Below are positions 1 to 12,430 of a stretch of DNA of 64,000 nt, piece by piece. Below the pieces are notes generated by a model, which had not been told where the DNA came from, ran no database searches, and saw nothing but the letters and a program-made list of their open reading frames with translations. A program made the translations under genes and the position numbers. Source of the stretch: an uncultured Rhodovulum sp. (lineage in GTDB: Bacteria > Pseudomonadota > Alphaproteobacteria > Rhodobacterales > Rhodobacteraceae); the NCBI GenBank assembly GCA_964383295.1, contig CAYLHK010000002.1:31043-95042 (forward strand). Direction: 5' to 3'. Position 1 is the first letter of the stretch. The number at the start of each line of letters is the position of its first letter.

Positions 1-1255
<1,255 letters not shown>

Positions 1256-1258
1256 GGA

Positions 1259-2362
1259 TCAGTCCTCCGCGCCTTCCTGCGTCTCGTCCGTCTTGATGTC
1301 TCCGCGCCACACGGGCAGCCGCAGCCGGAAACGGGTACGGCCCGGCCTGCTCTCGCATTCCACCACGCCGCCGTGATCCGCGATCAGCTTGGACACCAGC
1401 GACAGCCCCAGCCCGGTCCCGTTGACCTTTGAACTGACGAACGGATCGAAGATGTCGCGGATCAGCGTGTCGGGAATGCCGGGGCCGTTGTCGGTGACCG
1501 TGATCACCAGCGGCAGGCTCTCGCTCTTGCCGCCCGGACGCTGCAGCTTGACGCCGGGGCTGAACGAGCTCGCCAGGCTGATGACGCCGCCGACCTTCGG
1601 CGCCGCCTCCGCCGCGTTCTTCAGCAGGTTCTGGAACACCTGCAGCAGCTGATCGGGATCGCCCGCCGTCGGCGGCAGCGAGGGGTCGTATTCCTCGTGA
1701 AAGCGCACATGCGCGGCGAAGCCTGCCTGGGCCGAGCGCCGCGCGCGATCGAGCACGTCATGGATGTTAACGGGGCGCCGTTGCGCCGGGCGCAGGTCGC
1801 CGAACTGCTCCACCCGGTCGACGAGCTTGCCGATCCGCGCGATCTCCGCCTGGATCAGGCCGGTCAGCTCGCGGTCGGCCTCGCCGATCCCCATCTCCAG
1901 CAGCTGCGCCGCGCCGGAGATCCCGGCGAGCGGATTGCGGATCTCATGCGCCAGCATCGCCGCCATTCCGGTGACCGATCGCGCGGCAGAGCGGTGGCCG
2001 AGGCTGCGGTCCATCTTCTCGGCCATGCCCTGCGGATGCAGCAGCACCAGGATCTCGCAGCCGCCCTCGCTCAGCGGCGCGGCATGCACGTTCTGTATCC
2101 GCGGCGCCTGGTCGGCCCAGCTGACGGCGACATCGTATTGCGCCACAGACACGCCGTCCCGCCGCGCCTGGGCGATCACGTCGACGAGCGCGCTGTCATG
2201 GCCCACGAAGCGCCCGATCGGCTTGTCCGACATCTGCCGAAGCGAGGTCGCGCCGAAGCTCTCGGCCGCCGCATTGGCCGACAGGATGGTGTCGTCGCAC
2301 GAGATGATGAGCGCCGGATACGGGATCGCGCTCCACAGCCCCTCGAAGCCTATCGGGGTCAT
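1259..2362 (-). CDS. ntrB: Nitrogen regulation sensor histidine kinase NtrB
   Basis: PAS-like N-terminus, H-box AHEIRNPL, N-box NLLKNA, DNGPGI and GTGLGL boxes; lies between dusB and ntrC. Confidence 0.93.
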   Translation of the reverse strand: MTPIGFEGLWSAIPYPALIISCDDTILSANAAAESFGATSLRQMSDKPIGRFVGHDSALVDVIAQARRDGVSVAQYDVAVSWADQAPRIQNVHAAPLSEGGCEILVLLHPQGMAEKMDRSLGHRSAARSVTGMAAMLAHEIRNPLAGISGAAQLLEMGIGEADRELTGLIQAEIARIGKLVDRVEQFGDLRPAQRRPVNIHDVLDRARRSAQAGFAAHVRFHEEYDPSLPPTAGDPDQLLQVFQNLLKNAAEAAPKVGGVISLASSFSPGVKLQRPGGKSESLPLVITVTDNGPGIPDTLIRDIFDPFVSSKVNGTGLGLSLVSKLIADHGGVVECESRPGRTRFRLRLPVWRGDIKTDETQEGAED

Positions 2363-3345
2363 GCGGCCTCCTGCGCTTCGGGCTCGGGCAGGCCCGCGCC
2401 GATCAGGGACAGCACGGCGTCCGGGTCGGTCTCGACCATCAGCGCGCGCCTGAGCCCGCCTGCGTCACCGGTCCCGTCGAGATACCAGCCAAGGTGCTTG
2501 CGCGCGACGCGCAGACCGAGCTCGCGCCCGTAGAATGACAGCATTGCCTCGTAATGTCCTGAAACAAGGCCGGCAAGCGCCGCCCCGCGCGGTGCCTCCG
2601 GCGGAACCCGCCCCTCGAGCAGCGCGGCGATCTGTCCCGGCAGCCAGGGGCGCCCGCGCGCGCCCCGCCCGATCATCACCCCATCCGCCCCCGACATGCG
2701 CAGCGCCGCGCGCGCATCCTCGATGCCGAGAATGTCGCCGTTCGCGATCACGGGTACGCCGACCGCCGCCTTGACCTTCGCGATCGCCGCCCAGTCGGCG
2801 TGGCCCTTGTAGAACTGGCAGCGCGTGCGCCCATGAACCACCACCCGCGTCACCCCCGCCGCCTCGGCGCGCCGGGCGATCTCGGGGGCGTTCATCTGCG
2901 CCTCGTCCCAGCCGAGCCGCATCTTGACGGTCACCGGAACGTCGACCGCGGCCACCACCGCCTCGACCAGCCGCAGCGCATGGTCGGGATCTCGCATCAG
3001 CGCCGAACCCGACAGGCCGCTGGTGACCATCTTTGCCGGGCAGCCGAAGTTGATGTCGATCACCCGCGCGCCCTGCCCGGCGCAGCGCCGGGCCGCCTCG
3101 GCCATCCAGCGCGGCTCGCGCCCGGCCAGCTGCACCGCCGTGCGCGCCTCGCCGAGCCCCAGTTCCGCCCTTGCCCGCACCGAAGGTTTGGCGTTCACCA
3201 TGTCGGCGCTGGCGACCATCTCCGACACGACCCCGGTGGCACCGAAACGCAGCGCCAGCGCCCGGAACGGCAGATCGCTGATTCCCGCCATGGGTGCCAA
3301 TAAAACAGGCACTACCGGAACCATGCACGAATCAGCGTCAGTCAT
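2359..3345 (-). CDS. dusB: tRNA-dihydrouridine synthase B (NifR3)
   Basis: LAPMAG, DINFGCP, VHGRTR, ANGDI, GVMIGRG motifs; start uncertain (3345 or 3324). Confidence 0.92.
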   Translation of the reverse strand: MTDADSCMVPVVPVLLAPMAGISDLPFRALALRFGATGVVSEMVASADMVNAKPSVRARAELGLGEARTAVQLAGREPRWMAEAARRCAGQGARVIDINFGCPAKMVTSGLSGSALMRDPDHALRLVEAVVAAVDVPVTVKMRLGWDEAQMNAPEIARRAEAAGVTRVVVHGRTRCQFYKGHADWAAIAKVKAAVGVPVIANGDILGIEDARAALRMSGADGVMIGRGARGRPWLPGQIAALLEGRVPPEAPRGAALAGLVSGHYEAMLSFYGRELGLRVARKHLGWYLDGTGDAGGLRRALMVETDPDAVLSLIGAGLPEPEAQEAA

Positions 3346-3695
3346 TAGCCCGTGGGTGTTGCAATGCACCATTCGGTTTGTAGCGCAGGGGCCGGACTGC
3401 TGCAAGTTCGGGCAACCGCTCTTATGCGCCAAATTGGTGGGCGCCCTGCCCTACGGCTCATGGCTGCCGGCGACAAGCCCGTATCAGTTCCGGCGTAGCG
3501 GGGAGCCAAAGGTTTCATTCGGCTTAATACAATAGATATTCTTCTCTAATATCAATATGTTCACCAGATTCCCGCGCGCGGGAATTCCCCCGGGGCTCGC
3601 CGGCCCTGAGGGATCGGCCCGCTGCGTCCCGCTCCTTCGATTGTGATCGGCGGCCCTCCTGTCGTATAGCACCGCCACCGACCGGAGGAGGCTTC

Positions 3696-4847
3696 ATGCG
3701 GGCAGCGGCGCTCATCGTGGCAGCGGGGCGCGGGCAGCGGCTCGGGGGCGCCCTGCCCAAGCAATACCTGCCGCTGGCGGGCCGCCCGGTCATCCGCCAC
3801 GCCATCGCCACCTTCCTCGCCACCCCCGGCATCGACCGCGTCCAGGTCGTGATCCACCCCGACGATGCTGATCTCTATGCCGCTGCCGTCGCCGGCATCG
3901 CCGACCCCCGCCTCGCGGCGCCGGCGCCCGGCGGAGCCACCCGCACCGCCTCGGTCGCCCGCGGCCTTGCCGCGCTCGAAGCCGCCGCCCCCGACGCCGT
4001 CCTCATCCACGACGCCGCCCGCCCCTTCGTCAGCGGCGCGACCATCACCGCCTGCCTCACCGCCCTCGATCACGCTCCCGGCGCCCTGCCCGCCCTGCCG
4101 GTCGTCGACGCCCTCTGGCGCGCCGAGGCCGGCAGCGCCGCGTCCCCCCTGCCCCGCGACGGCCTCTGGCGCGCGCAGACCCCGCAGGCCTTCCGCTTCG
4201 GCCCCCTGCGCGCCGCCTATGATGCCTTCGACGGCGAGGCCGCCGACGACGTCGCCGTCGCCCGCGCCGCCGGGCTCGATGTGGCGCTGGTGGCCGGCAC
4301 CGAGGACAACTTCAAGATCACCACCGAGGCCGACCTTTACCGGGCGCGCCGCATAGCGGGAGAGACCATGGACATCCGCACCGGCAACGGCTTCGACGTA
4401 CATGCCTTCGCCCCGGGCGACCACGTCACCCTCTGCGGCATCGCCATCCCCTTCGACCGGGCCCTCTCGGGACATTCCGACGCCGATGTCGGTCTGCACG
4501 CCCTGACCGACGCCATCTTCGGCGCGCTCGCCGAGGGCGACATCGGCCAGTGGTTCCCGCCCTCCGACCCGCAGTGGAAGGGCGCCGCCTCGCATATCTT
4601 TCTGGAGAAGGCCGTCGAGCGCGCGCTCGCCCGCGGCTTCACTCCGACGCATCTCGACGTCACGCTGATCTGCGAGGCGCCCAAGATCGGGCCGCACGCA
4701 TCCGCCATGCGCGCCGAGATCGCCCGCATCACCGGCATCGAACAGGAGCGCATCTCCGTGAAGGCCACCACCACCGAACGGCTCGGCTTCACCGGCCGCG
4801 GCGAGGGCATCGCCGCCATGGCCACCGCCACCCTGGTGCGCGCATGA
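3696..4847 (+). CDS. ispDF: Bifunctional IspD/IspF (MEP pathway)
   Basis: AAGRGQR..PKQY, IHDAARP, QTPQAF, then GNGFDVH, GHSDADV, KATTTE. Confidence 0.95.
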   Translation: MRAAALIVAAGRGQRLGGALPKQYLPLAGRPVIRHAIATFLATPGIDRVQVVIHPDDADLYAAAVAGIADPRLAAPAPGGATRTASVARGLAALEAAAPDAVLIHDAARPFVSGATITACLTALDHAPGALPALPVVDALWRAEAGSAASPLPRDGLWRAQTPQAFRFGPLRAAYDAFDGEAADDVAVARAAGLDVALVAGTEDNFKITTEADLYRARRIAGETMDIRTGNGFDVHAFAPGDHVTLCGIAIPFDRALSGHSDADVGLHALTDAIFGALAEGDIGQWFPPSDPQWKGAASHIFLEKAVERALARGFTPTHLDVTLICEAPKIGPHASAMRAEIARITGIEQERISVKATTTERLGFTGRGEGIAAMATATLVRA

Positions 4848-5335
4848 CCCGCCTGATCGCCACCGTCGGCTACATCGGCCTCCTGCCCCTCGGCCCCGGC
4901 ACCTGGGGCTCGCTCGCCGCCCTGCCCCTCGGCTATCTGCTGCACTGGCTCGGCGGCTTTCCCCTGCTCGCCTTCGCGACCCTGCTCGTGTTCCTCGTCG
5001 GCTACTGGGCGGTGACCCGCGAGACGGCGGGGGCCGCCGACGCCGATCCGAGCGAGATCGTCATCGACGAGGTCGTCGGCCAGTGGATCGCGCTCTTCCC
5101 CCTCTCCTTCGGCATGTGGATGATGGGGATGCCCGCCCATGTCTTTCCCTGGCCGGGCTGGGTCGGCGCCTTCCTGATGTTCCGCCTCTTCGACATCTGG
5201 AAGCCCTGGCCCGTCTCCTGGGCCGATCGCAAGCACGGGCCCATGGGCGTGATGCTCGACGACGTGGTGGCTGGCGTCATGGCCGCGATCGTCGTTATGG
5301 CCGCCGCCGCCATATCGCACGGATGGCTGATGTGA
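4844..5335 (+). CDS. pgpA: Phosphatidylglycerophosphatase A
   Basis: PGTWGS, IVIDEVVG, FRLFDIWKPWP, GVMLDD; ATGA overlap with ispDF. Confidence 0.92.
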   Translation: MTRLIATVGYIGLLPLGPGTWGSLAALPLGYLLHWLGGFPLLAFATLLVFLVGYWAVTRETAGAADADPSEIVIDEVVGQWIALFPLSFGMWMMGMPAHVFPWPGWVGAFLMFRLFDIWKPWPVSWADRKHGPMGVMLDDVVAGVMAAIVVMAAAAISHGWLM

Positions 5336-5838
5336 GCCTCTCGAACGACACCCGCGATCTTGCCCGCGCCGTCCTCGAGACCGCCCGCGACCGCGGCTGG
5401 ATGGTGGCGACCGCCGAGAGCTGCACCGGCGGGATGGTCTCGGCCGCGCTCACCGAGGTGCCGGGGTCCTCGGACGTGTTCGACCGCGGCTTCGTCACCT
5501 ATTCCTACGCCGCCAAGACGGCGATGCTCGGCGTGCCCGAGGCGATGCTGCGCGCGCATGGTGCCGTGTCCGAAGAGGTCGCCCGCGCGATGGCGACAGG
5601 CGCGCTCGAAGCTTCCGGCGCCGGCCTTGCCGTCGCGATCACCGGCGTCGCCGGTCCCGGCGCGTCCGAGGCAAAGCCCGAGGGGCTGGTCTGGTTTGCC
5701 GTCGCCGTCCCCGGACGGGTCGAGGCAGAGCGCCGCGACTTCGGCCCCCTCGGCCGCGCCGAGGTACGCGCCCGCAGCACATTCACCGCGCTCGAGCTGC
5801 TGCTCGCGGCGGCGCGCGCCGGCGGTCAGTCGCGGTAG
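5332..5838 (+). CDS. cinA: CinA C-terminal family protein (NMN deamidase PncC-like)
   Basis: AESCTGG, GSSDVF, GAVSEEVA, ITGVAGP; start GTG 5332 or ATG 5323. Confidence 0.88.
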   Translation: MSLSNDTRDLARAVLETARDRGWMVATAESCTGGMVSAALTEVPGSSDVFDRGFVTYSYAAKTAMLGVPEAMLRAHGAVSEEVARAMATGALEASGAGLAVAITGVAGPGASEAKPEGLVWFAVAVPGRVEAERRDFGPLGRAEVRARSTFTALELLLAAARAGGQSR

Positions 5839-6500
5839 CCGACCCAGCCCTTGAAGGTGAAGGCGGCATAGAAGAGCTGTACCTCGCCAAAACCCGCTGC
5901 GCGCAGCAGCGCCTCGTCCTCCTCGGGCGACAGCGCCGGCAGCCGATCCTTCATCACCTCGATACCGGCCTCGGCCTGGGCGGCCGGGACACCCCCCGCG
6001 ATGAGCCAGGCAGCATTTCGTCGCAGCCACAGGTCCTGCTGCGTGCCCGCCTGCGGAAAGCTGTGATGCACCACGACGAAGGGCGCTCCCGGCCGCAGCC
6101 GACCGGCAACCTCACGCAGCGTGCGCAGCCGCTCATCGCGCGGCAGGAAGTGGAGGACCAGCAGGCAGGCCGCGCCGTCGAAGGGCCCTTCCGGCGCATC
6201 GTCGATATAGCCTTCGCAAAAATCGACCCGCTCGGCCGCTGCGCCCAGCACCGCACGCGCCTGGGTGATCATTTCGGCCGAGGGGTCCACGCCGTCGAAC
6301 CGCCAGCCCGGATGCATCCCGGCAAGCGCCGCCAGTTCCAGCCCCCCGCCCGCGCCGAGCACCAGCACGCGCCCGTCGTCCGGCACGCGCTCGCCCAGCA
6401 GCAGCCCCGCCATGCGGTGCATGTCCCGCATCCCCGGCACATGGCGCGCAACCCGCGCGCCGTAGCCCGCGGCATCGCCGGGATCGGTGTTGGATGTCAT
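5826..6500 (-). CDS. Class I SAM-dependent methyltransferase
   Basis: VLVLGAGGG motif I, GVDPS, LLVLHF. Confidence 0.85.
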   Translation of the reverse strand: MTSNTDPGDAAGYGARVARHVPGMRDMHRMAGLLLGERVPDDGRVLVLGAGGGLELAALAGMHPGWRFDGVDPSAEMITQARAVLGAAAERVDFCEGYIDDAPEGPFDGAACLLVLHFLPRDERLRTLREVAGRLRPGAPFVVVHHSFPQAGTQQDLWLRRNAAWLIAGGVPAAQAEAGIEVMKDRLPALSPEEDEALLRAAGFGEVQLFYAAFTFKGWVGYRD

Positions 6501-6609
6501 GGCGCCCCTTCAACCTCTTGCGGACGGCATACGTCCCCCGGCTCTCGGCACGTGTCATTGTCCAGGCGTCCCATGCCGGTCAATCCCGCCGCGACGATTG
6601 ACGGATGCG

Positions 6610-6633
6610 GATTGCGGGTATATACCCGCAATC
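6610..6633. promoter_or_regulatory. Perfect 24-bp palindrome, probable MarR operator
   Basis: GATTGCGGGTATATACCCGCAATC just upstream of the MarR gene; core repeated at 7098-7113. Confidence 0.75.
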
Positions 6634-6649
6634 TGCGGGGAGGCGACAG

Positions 6650-7057
6650 ATGCTCGAGGTGGATTGCTACTGCACGCTGGCGCGCCGGTCCGCCCGGGCG
6701 CTGACCGAATTCTACGACGCGACCCTAGCGCCGTCGGGCCTGCGAGCAACCCAGTATTCGCTGCTGCGCGCCATCGAGCGACTGGAGCAGCCCTCCCTCA
6801 CCGGGCTGGCCGGTGCCACCGGCCTCGATCGCTCGACCCTTGGCCGCAACCTCCGCGTCCTCGAGAGATCCGGCCTCGTTACCCTCGGACCCGGGCGTGA
6901 CGAACGCTCGCGGACGGTGGAACTGACGCCCCACGCGCGCCATGCCCTGGGGGTCGCCCACCCCCTCTGGGCGCAGGCCCAGTCGAAGATGGATGCGACG
7001 GTTTCTGCCGAGGCGCGTCAGCATCTGCGCAGCCTGACGGAAGCCCTCACGACCTGA
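6650..7057 (+). CDS. MarR family transcriptional regulator
   Basis: CYC..RRSARALTEFYD, LDRSTLGRNLRVL winged HTH, DERSR; GGAGG RBS. Confidence 0.9.
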   Translation: MLEVDCYCTLARRSARALTEFYDATLAPSGLRATQYSLLRAIERLEQPSLTGLAGATGLDRSTLGRNLRVLERSGLVTLGPGRDERSRTVELTPHARHALGVAHPLWAQAQSKMDATVSAEARQHLRSLTEALTT

Positions 7058-7097
7058 ACCCGGATGCGACCCTCGCATCCCCTGCCGATGCCATGAA

Positions 7098-7113
7098 GCG
7101 GGTATATACCCAC
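7098..7113. promoter_or_regulatory. Second copy of the putative MarR operator
   Basis: GCGGGTATATACCCAC immediately upstream of the MFS gene RBS. Confidence 0.7.
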
Positions 7114-7127
7114 AAAGAGGCCCGACC

Positions 7128-8324
7128 ATGACCCTGTCCCCGAGAGCCAAGGCCATCCTGATCTGCGGCGCGGTCATCCTGTCGGTGTCGCTCGGCGTGC
7201 GCCACACCTTCGGCCTGTTTCTGCAGCCGGTCATCCTCGAGCACGGCTGGGGCCGCGAGGTCTTCGCCTTCGCGATCGCGCTGCAGAACCTGGTCTGGGG
7301 CATCGCCCAGCCCTTCGCCGGGCTCGCCGCGGACCGGCGCGGGGCCGGGCCGGTCATTCTCGCCGGGGGGCTGCTCTTCACCGCCGGCCTCGGGCTGATG
7401 GCCCTGGCCGGATCGGCGCCAATGTTCGTCCTCGCCGCGGGCGTGCTCGTCGGCCTCGGCCTCGCCGGCATCACCATGCCGGTGGTCTTCGGCGCGATTA
7501 GCCGCGCCATGCCGCCCGAGCGGCGCAGCATGGCCTTCGGCATCGCCATGTCGATCGGCTCGGTCGGCCAGTTCGTCCTGCTTCCCGGCGCCCTCGCGCT
7601 GATCGGAGGCTTCGGCTGGATCACCGCGCTCTTGCTGCTCTCGGTGCTCTCGGTCGCAATCCTGCCGCTCTCCTTCGTCCTGCGCGAGGACCGCAAGGGA
7701 CCGCTTGCCGGCCCGGCGCCGCGCGCTGCCGATGCGGCCAGGCTGGCGCTGACCGATCGCGGGTTCCAGCTCCTGTCCTTCGGCTTCTTCGTCTGCGGGT
7801 TTCACGTGGCCTTCATCGCGACGCATATTCCGGCCTATCTGCTCGACCTCGGCCTGGGACCGACGGTGGGCTCGACCGTCCTCGCGCTGATCGGCCTCTT
7901 CAACATCTTCGGATCGCTCGCCGCGGGCTGGCTCGGCAGCCGGTATCCCAAGCCGCAGATCCTCTCCTTCCTCTATCTCGGGCGCGCCGCGGCGATCGCT
8001 GCCTTCGTCCTGCTGCCGCCGACGCCGGCCTCCGCCTATGCCTTCGCGATGCTCATGGGCCTCTTCTGGCTCTCCACGGTGCCGCTGACCAACGCCGTGG
8101 TGGCCTCGATGTTCGGGGTCGCGAACATGGCGATGCTGGGCGGCATCGTCTTTCTCGCCCATCAGATCGGATCATTTCTGGGCAGCTGGCTCGGCGGCGC
8201 GATCTACGACCGCGCCGGCAGCTACGACGTGGTCTGGGGCATCGCCATCGCGCTCAGCCTGCTGGCCGCCATCGTGAACTGGCCGATCCGCGAGGAGCCG
8301 GTCGAAAGGCCCGCCGCGGCATGA
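7128..8324 (+). CDS. MFS transporter
   Basis: About 12 hydrophobic segments, GLAADRRG loop motif, FFVCGFH. Confidence 0.9.
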   Translation: MTLSPRAKAILICGAVILSVSLGVRHTFGLFLQPVILEHGWGREVFAFAIALQNLVWGIAQPFAGLAADRRGAGPVILAGGLLFTAGLGLMALAGSAPMFVLAAGVLVGLGLAGITMPVVFGAISRAMPPERRSMAFGIAMSIGSVGQFVLLPGALALIGGFGWITALLLLSVLSVAILPLSFVLREDRKGPLAGPAPRAADAARLALTDRGFQLLSFGFFVCGFHVAFIATHIPAYLLDLGLGPTVGSTVLALIGLFNIFGSLAAGWLGSRYPKPQILSFLYLGRAAAIAAFVLLPPTPASAYAFAMLMGLFWLSTVPLTNAVVASMFGVANMAMLGGIVFLAHQIGSFLGSWLGGAIYDRAGSYDVVWGIAIALSLLAAIVNWPIREEPVERPAAA

Positions 8325-8455
8325 GCATTGCCGCTCGCGGGCTTGTCATTGCGAGCGCCGCCGGTGCCCTTGCCTGCGGCCTTGCCACCGCCTGGGCGGG
8401 GTATCGCGCGGCGGCCTTCCTGATGCTTCTCGACGCCCTGCCGCTCTGTGGCTAG
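8321..8455 (+). CDS. Small hydrophobic protein, 44 aa (not in ORF track)
   Basis: ATGA overlap with MFS stop; MSIAARGLVIASAAGALACGLATAWAGYRAAAFLMLLDALPLCG. Confidence 0.5.
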   Translation: MSIAARGLVIASAAGALACGLATAWAGYRAAAFLMLLDALPLCG

Positions 8456-8465
8456 GCAGGCGTAA

Positions 8466-8556
8466 GCGTTAACGCCTCGGGCCGGAGGCGACGGCGTACA
8501 TACGGGTTCCATACGCTTTCCATATGCATTCCATACGCCCGAAGCGGGCGTTAACG
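8466..8556. repeat. ~91-bp dispersed element, copy 1
   Basis: GCGTTAAC at both ends, 82 bp apart, with four 11-bp CATAYGNNTTC units inside; same layout at 53545-53635. Confidence 0.8.
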
Positions 8557-9015
8557 CGGCCCCGCGCCGTAGAGCTCTTCGGCGCGCTTCTCGAAGGCGC
8601 GCACGATCCGCTGCATCGCCTCTCCGAACACCACTCCGATCACTTTCTGCAGCAGCACCGAGCGCATCTCGAAGTCCACGAAGAAATCCACCTCGCAGCT
8701 GTCAGGTCCGCGCGGGATGAATTTCCATTGGTTGTTCAGATATTTGAACGGCCCATCCAGATATTCCACATCAATCATCCGCGCCTCGGGGCGCAGGGTG
8801 ACGCGGCTGCCGAAGCGCTCGCGGAACAGCTTGAAGGAGATCACCAGATCCGCCTCCATCACCTCGCCGCTGCCGTCCGCCAGCGGCCGCGTGCCGCGCA
8901 CCCGCGCCGCCGAGCACCAGGGCAGGAACTGCGGATAGCTCCCCACATCGGCAATCAACCCATACATCTCCTCCGCACTATGCGGCATGACGCGGTTCTC
9001 GGCGTGGGTCGGCAT
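8551..9015 (-). CDS. ratA: RatA/PasT (Coq10, START-domain) family protein
   Basis: [31 protein letters not shown]. Confidence 0.88.
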   Translation of the reverse strand: MPTHAENRVMPHSAEEMYGLIADVGSYPQFLPWCSAARVRGTRPLADGSGEVMEADLVISFKLFRERFGSRVTLRPEARMIDVEYLDGPFKYLNNQWKFIPRGPDSCEVDFFVDFEMRSVLLQKVIGVVFGEAMQRIVRAFEKRAEELYGAGPR

Positions 9016-9128
9016 GTCGTGGCTGCCCGGCAGATGCAAGTTGTCGGTCCGAGCCATTGACCATAGCATGTGGGCCGGCACAAGCCGGACCTTGGTGGGG
9101 CCGGGTTCAGCAGGAGAACAACCACTTC

Positions 9129-9668
9129 ATGACGACGAAGGCCTATGTGATCGACGAGTTGATCTCGGCGAAGTCCATCGCCGCGCGGGTCGAGGCCCTG
9201 GCGCGTGAGATCTCGGAAGCCTTCGCCGGCACAAACAAGCTGGTCGTGGTGGGGCTTCTGCGTGGCTCGTTCATCTTCATCGCCGATCTGGTGCGCGAGC
9301 TTGATCTGCCGGTGGAGGTAGATTTCCTCGAGGTCTCCTCCTATGGCGACAGGACCGAGTCGAGCCGCGAGGTGCGCATCCTCAAGGACCTTCGCGGCGA
9401 GATCGAGGGACGCGACGTGCTGGTGGTCGAGGATATCGTCGACACCGGCTTCACGCTCAGCCATGTGCTCGCCATCCTAAAGACCCGCCGCCCGGCGCGG
9501 CTTGAGGTCTGCGCGCTGCTCGACAAGCCCTCGCGGCGGGAAGTGGACGTCCGAGCGCGCTGGATCGGCTTCGAGATCCCCGACAAGTTCGTGGTCGGCT
9601 ACGGAATCGACTATGCGCAACGCAACCGCAACCTGCCCCATATCGGCGCGGTTCGCTTCGTGGAATAG
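9129..9668 (+). CDS. hpt: Hypoxanthine phosphoribosyltransferase
   Basis: [24 protein letters not shown] motif, FVVGYGIDY. Confidence 0.95.
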   Translation: MTTKAYVIDELISAKSIAARVEALAREISEAFAGTNKLVVVGLLRGSFIFIADLVRELDLPVEVDFLEVSSYGDRTESSREVRILKDLRGEIEGRDVLVVEDIVDTGFTLSHVLAILKTRRPARLEVCALLDKPSRREVDVRARWIGFEIPDKFVVGYGIDYAQRNRNLPHIGAVRFVE

Positions 9669-9846
9669 CCTGCGCCTGCGGCGGGCATATCCGTAATGGC
9701 CGGCAAGTGACTGTTTTTGAACGTATTAACGCGACAGACGTGCCTGCCGTGCGCGCAAGCGCCTGAAATTGCTTGCGATCCGGGTTTGCCTGCGGCGAGG
9801 ATGGGCCACAATCCGGCGACGGAATCATGACAGGGAGGACGAACCC

Positions 9847-10833
9847 ATGACCATCGAACGCCTCACGGCGATCCTCAGTGGCTGCGCGGCCGGCGCCCTC
9901 ATGCTGGCGGCGGCTCCCCTCGCCGCGCAGGACTGCCCGAACCGCGGCGATCTCGACGAGCTCTATTGCGACGCAGACGGCGATCTCGTCGCCGATCCCC
10001 CGACCGATGCGGCCGAGCTCCGCGATCCTGGGACTATCGTCTTCGCCTACACGCCGGTCGAGGATCCGGCGGTCTATGCGAACATCTTCGGCGACTTCGT
10101 CGACTATCTCAAGGAATGCACAGAGCGCGACGTGGTCTATTTCAACGTCCAGTCTAACGCCGCCCAGATCGAGGCGATGCGCTCGGGCCGGCTGCACGTG
10201 GGCGGCTTTTCCACCGGGCCGACGGGCTTCGCCGTTAACCTCGCCGGAGCCGTGCCCTTTGCGGTCAAGGGCGACGAGGCGGACTGGCAGGGCTACAACC
10301 TCATCGTCGTCGTGGACAAGGACAGCGAGTTCCAGACGCTCGCCGATCTGAAGGACGGGCGGGTCGCGCATGTCTCGCCCTCGTCGAACTCCGGCAACCT
10401 TGCGCCGCACGCGCTCTTTCCCGCCGAGGGGCTGACCCCCGGCGAGGACTACGAGCCGCTCTTCTCGGGCGGGCACGACAATTCGATCATGGGCGTGGAT
10501 TCGGGCGACTATGACGCGGCGGCGGTCGCCTCGGATGTCTTTTCGCGCATGGCACGGCGCGGGCAGATCAACGAGGACGACTTCCGGGTGATCTACCGCT
10601 CGGAGAAGTTCCCCACCTCGTCCTTCGCCTATGACAGCCGGCTGGCGCCGGAGATCCGCGACCGGATGCTGGCCTGCTTCCTCGACTACCGCTTCACCGA
10701 GGAGATGCAGCGCGAGTTCGACGGGGCCGACCGCTTCTATCCGGTCAACTACCAGGAGCACTGGGCGGTGGTGCGCGAGGTGGCCGACTCCTCGGGCACG
10801 CCGTTCAACCGCACGACCTGGGAAGCGCAGTGA
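9847..10833 (+). CDS. phnD: Phosphate/phosphite/phosphonate ABC substrate-binding protein (PhnD family)
   Basis: Signal peptide, [15 protein letters not shown]; upstream of phnC/phnE-like genes. Confidence 0.75.
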   Translation: MTIERLTAILSGCAAGALMLAAAPLAAQDCPNRGDLDELYCDADGDLVADPPTDAAELRDPGTIVFAYTPVEDPAVYANIFGDFVDYLKECTERDVVYFNVQSNAAQIEAMRSGRLHVGGFSTGPTGFAVNLAGAVPFAVKGDEADWQGYNLIVVVDKDSEFQTLADLKDGRVAHVSPSSNSGNLAPHALFPAEGLTPGEDYEPLFSGGHDNSIMGVDSGDYDAAAVASDVFSRMARRGQINEDDFRVIYRSEKFPTSSFAYDSRLAPEIRDRMLACFLDYRFTEEMQREFDGADRFYPVNYQEHWAVVREVADSSGTPFNRTTWEAQ

Positions 10834-11648
10834 GCGCAGCTCTCGCCGACACCCCCGCCCCGGCCTCGGCCGGGGCGGGCAGCGTCCTGTCGATCCGCAA
10901 CCTGGTCAAGGCCTACGGACGCGGCCAGCCGGTGCTTCACGACATCTCGCTCGATTTCGCCGGCAGCGGGGTCAACGCGATCATCGGACCGTCGGGGACG
11001 GGCAAGTCCACGCTGATCCGCTGCATCAACCGTCTGGTGGAGCCGACCTCGGGGGCAATCCTGCTGGGCGGTCGCGACCTGACGCAACTGGGCAGCCGCG
11101 AGCTGCGCAAGGCGCGGCGCGAGATCGGCATGGTCTTCCAGGAATACAATCTGGTCGAGCGGCTGAGCGTGATCGAGAACCTGCTCTGCGGGCGGCTCGG
11201 ATACACGCCGCTCTGGCGGGTCTGGACCCGGCGCTACCCGGAAGCGGACATCGCGCGCGCCTTCGAGCTTCTCGATCGCGTCGGTCTCGGTGATTTTTCC
11301 ACCCGTCGCGCGGACGCGCTCTCGGGCGGCCAGCGCCAGCGCGTGGGCATCGCCCGTGCCGTGATGCAGCAGCCCCGCGTGCTGCTGGCGGATGAGCCGA
11401 CCTCCTCGCTCGATCCCCGCACCTCGGTCGAGATCATGACGCTGATGCGCGACCTGGGGGCCGAACAGGGCATTCCGATCATCATCAACATCCACGACGT
11501 GGCACTGGCCAAACGCTTCGCCACCCGCATCATCGGCATGTCGGCCGGCAACGTCGTCTTCGACGGCCCGCCAGACCTCCTGACCGACACCGATCTGCAT
11601 AAGGTCTACGGTGGTAGCCCCGAGGGCAGCGAGGGGTGGATCGCATGA
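10830..11648 (+). CDS. phnC: Phosphonate ABC ATPase
   Basis: [32 protein letters not shown]. Confidence 0.8.
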   Translation: MSAALADTPAPASAGAGSVLSIRNLVKAYGRGQPVLHDISLDFAGSGVNAIIGPSGTGKSTLIRCINRLVEPTSGAILLGGRDLTQLGSRELRKARREIGMVFQEYNLVERLSVIENLLCGRLGYTPLWRVWTRRYPEADIARAFELLDRVGLGDFSTRRADALSGGQRQRVGIARAVMQQPRVLLADEPTSSLDPRTSVEIMTLMRDLGAEQGIPIIINIHDVALAKRFATRIIGMSAGNVVFDGPPDLLTDTDLHKVYGGSPEGSEGWIA

Positions 11649-12430
11649 GCGCCCCCACCCTGCGCGCCCGGGCCTTCGCCCCCAACTGGCGGATGCGCGC
11701 CTTCTGGGCCGCGATGGCCCTCTATGTCGTCTATGCGGCGAGCCTGCTTGACTTCACCTGGGCGCGCTTCGTCATCGGTCTCGACCGCGGCGCCCAGTTC
11801 CTCGGCCGGATGTTCCCGCCCGAGTTCACGCGCTGGAACCTGCTCGCCGAAGGACTGCTCGAGAGCCTCCAGATCGCGATCATCGCCTCTGTGGTCGGAA
11901 CGCTCTTGTCCCTGCCGATCGGACTTCTCGCCGCGCGCAACCTGATGCCGGCCTATGTCACGGTGCCGATGCGGGGCCTTATCGCCGTGGCGCGCTCGTT
12001 TCACCCGATCATCGTCGCCATTGTCTTCGTCAAGGCGATCGGTTTCGGCGCACTCGCAGGCATCCTTGCGCTGATTCTGGGAACGATCGGCTTCATCGCC
12101 AAGCTCTTCGCAGAGGCGATCGAGGAGATCTCGCTCAAGCAGGTCGAGGCGGTGCGCGCCACCGGCGCCTCCTTCATGGGGGTAGTGATCATGGGCGTCC
12201 TGCCGCAAGTGCTGGCGCGCTTCATCGGTTTCACCACCTATCAGCTCGACAGCAACCTGCGGAACTCGACCATGGTCGGCATCGTGGGCGGCGGCGGCAT
12301 CGGGGGGACGCTCTTCTCCGCCTTCCAGCGCTTCGACTACGACTTCGTGGCCGCGATCCTGATCTGCATCATCGCGATGATCATGATCGGCGAGGTGATC
12401 GCCACCTTCCTGCGGAAGAGCTTCCAGTGA
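11645..12430 (+). CDS. phnE: Phosphonate ABC permease
   Basis: [34 protein letters not shown]. Confidence 0.8.
   Translation: MSAPTLRARAFAPNWRMRAFWAAMALYVVYAASLLDFTWARFVIGLDRGAQFLGRMFPPEFTRWNLLAEGLLESLQIAIIASVVGTLLSLPIGLLAARNLMPAYVTVPMRGLIAVARSFHPIIVAIVFVKAIGFGALAGILALILGTIGFIAKLFAEAIEEISLKQVEAVRATGASFMGVVIMGVLPQVLARFIGFTTYQLDSNLRNSTMVGIVGGGGIGGTLFSAFQRFDYDFVAAILICIIAMIMIGEVIATFLRKSFQ

Noticed and set aside
3425..3441. TGCGCCAAATTGGTGGG as an NtrC site upstream of dusB-ntrBC
   Set aside because: Only a partial match to TGCAC-N7-GTGCA; plausible but not supportable by eye
8497..8540. Short repeats as a possible CRISPR array
   Set aside because: 11-bp tandem units with no spacers and no cas genes
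8551..9015. RatA as a toxin-antitoxin system
   Set aside because: No partner gene; this family is Coq10-like and in a housekeeping context
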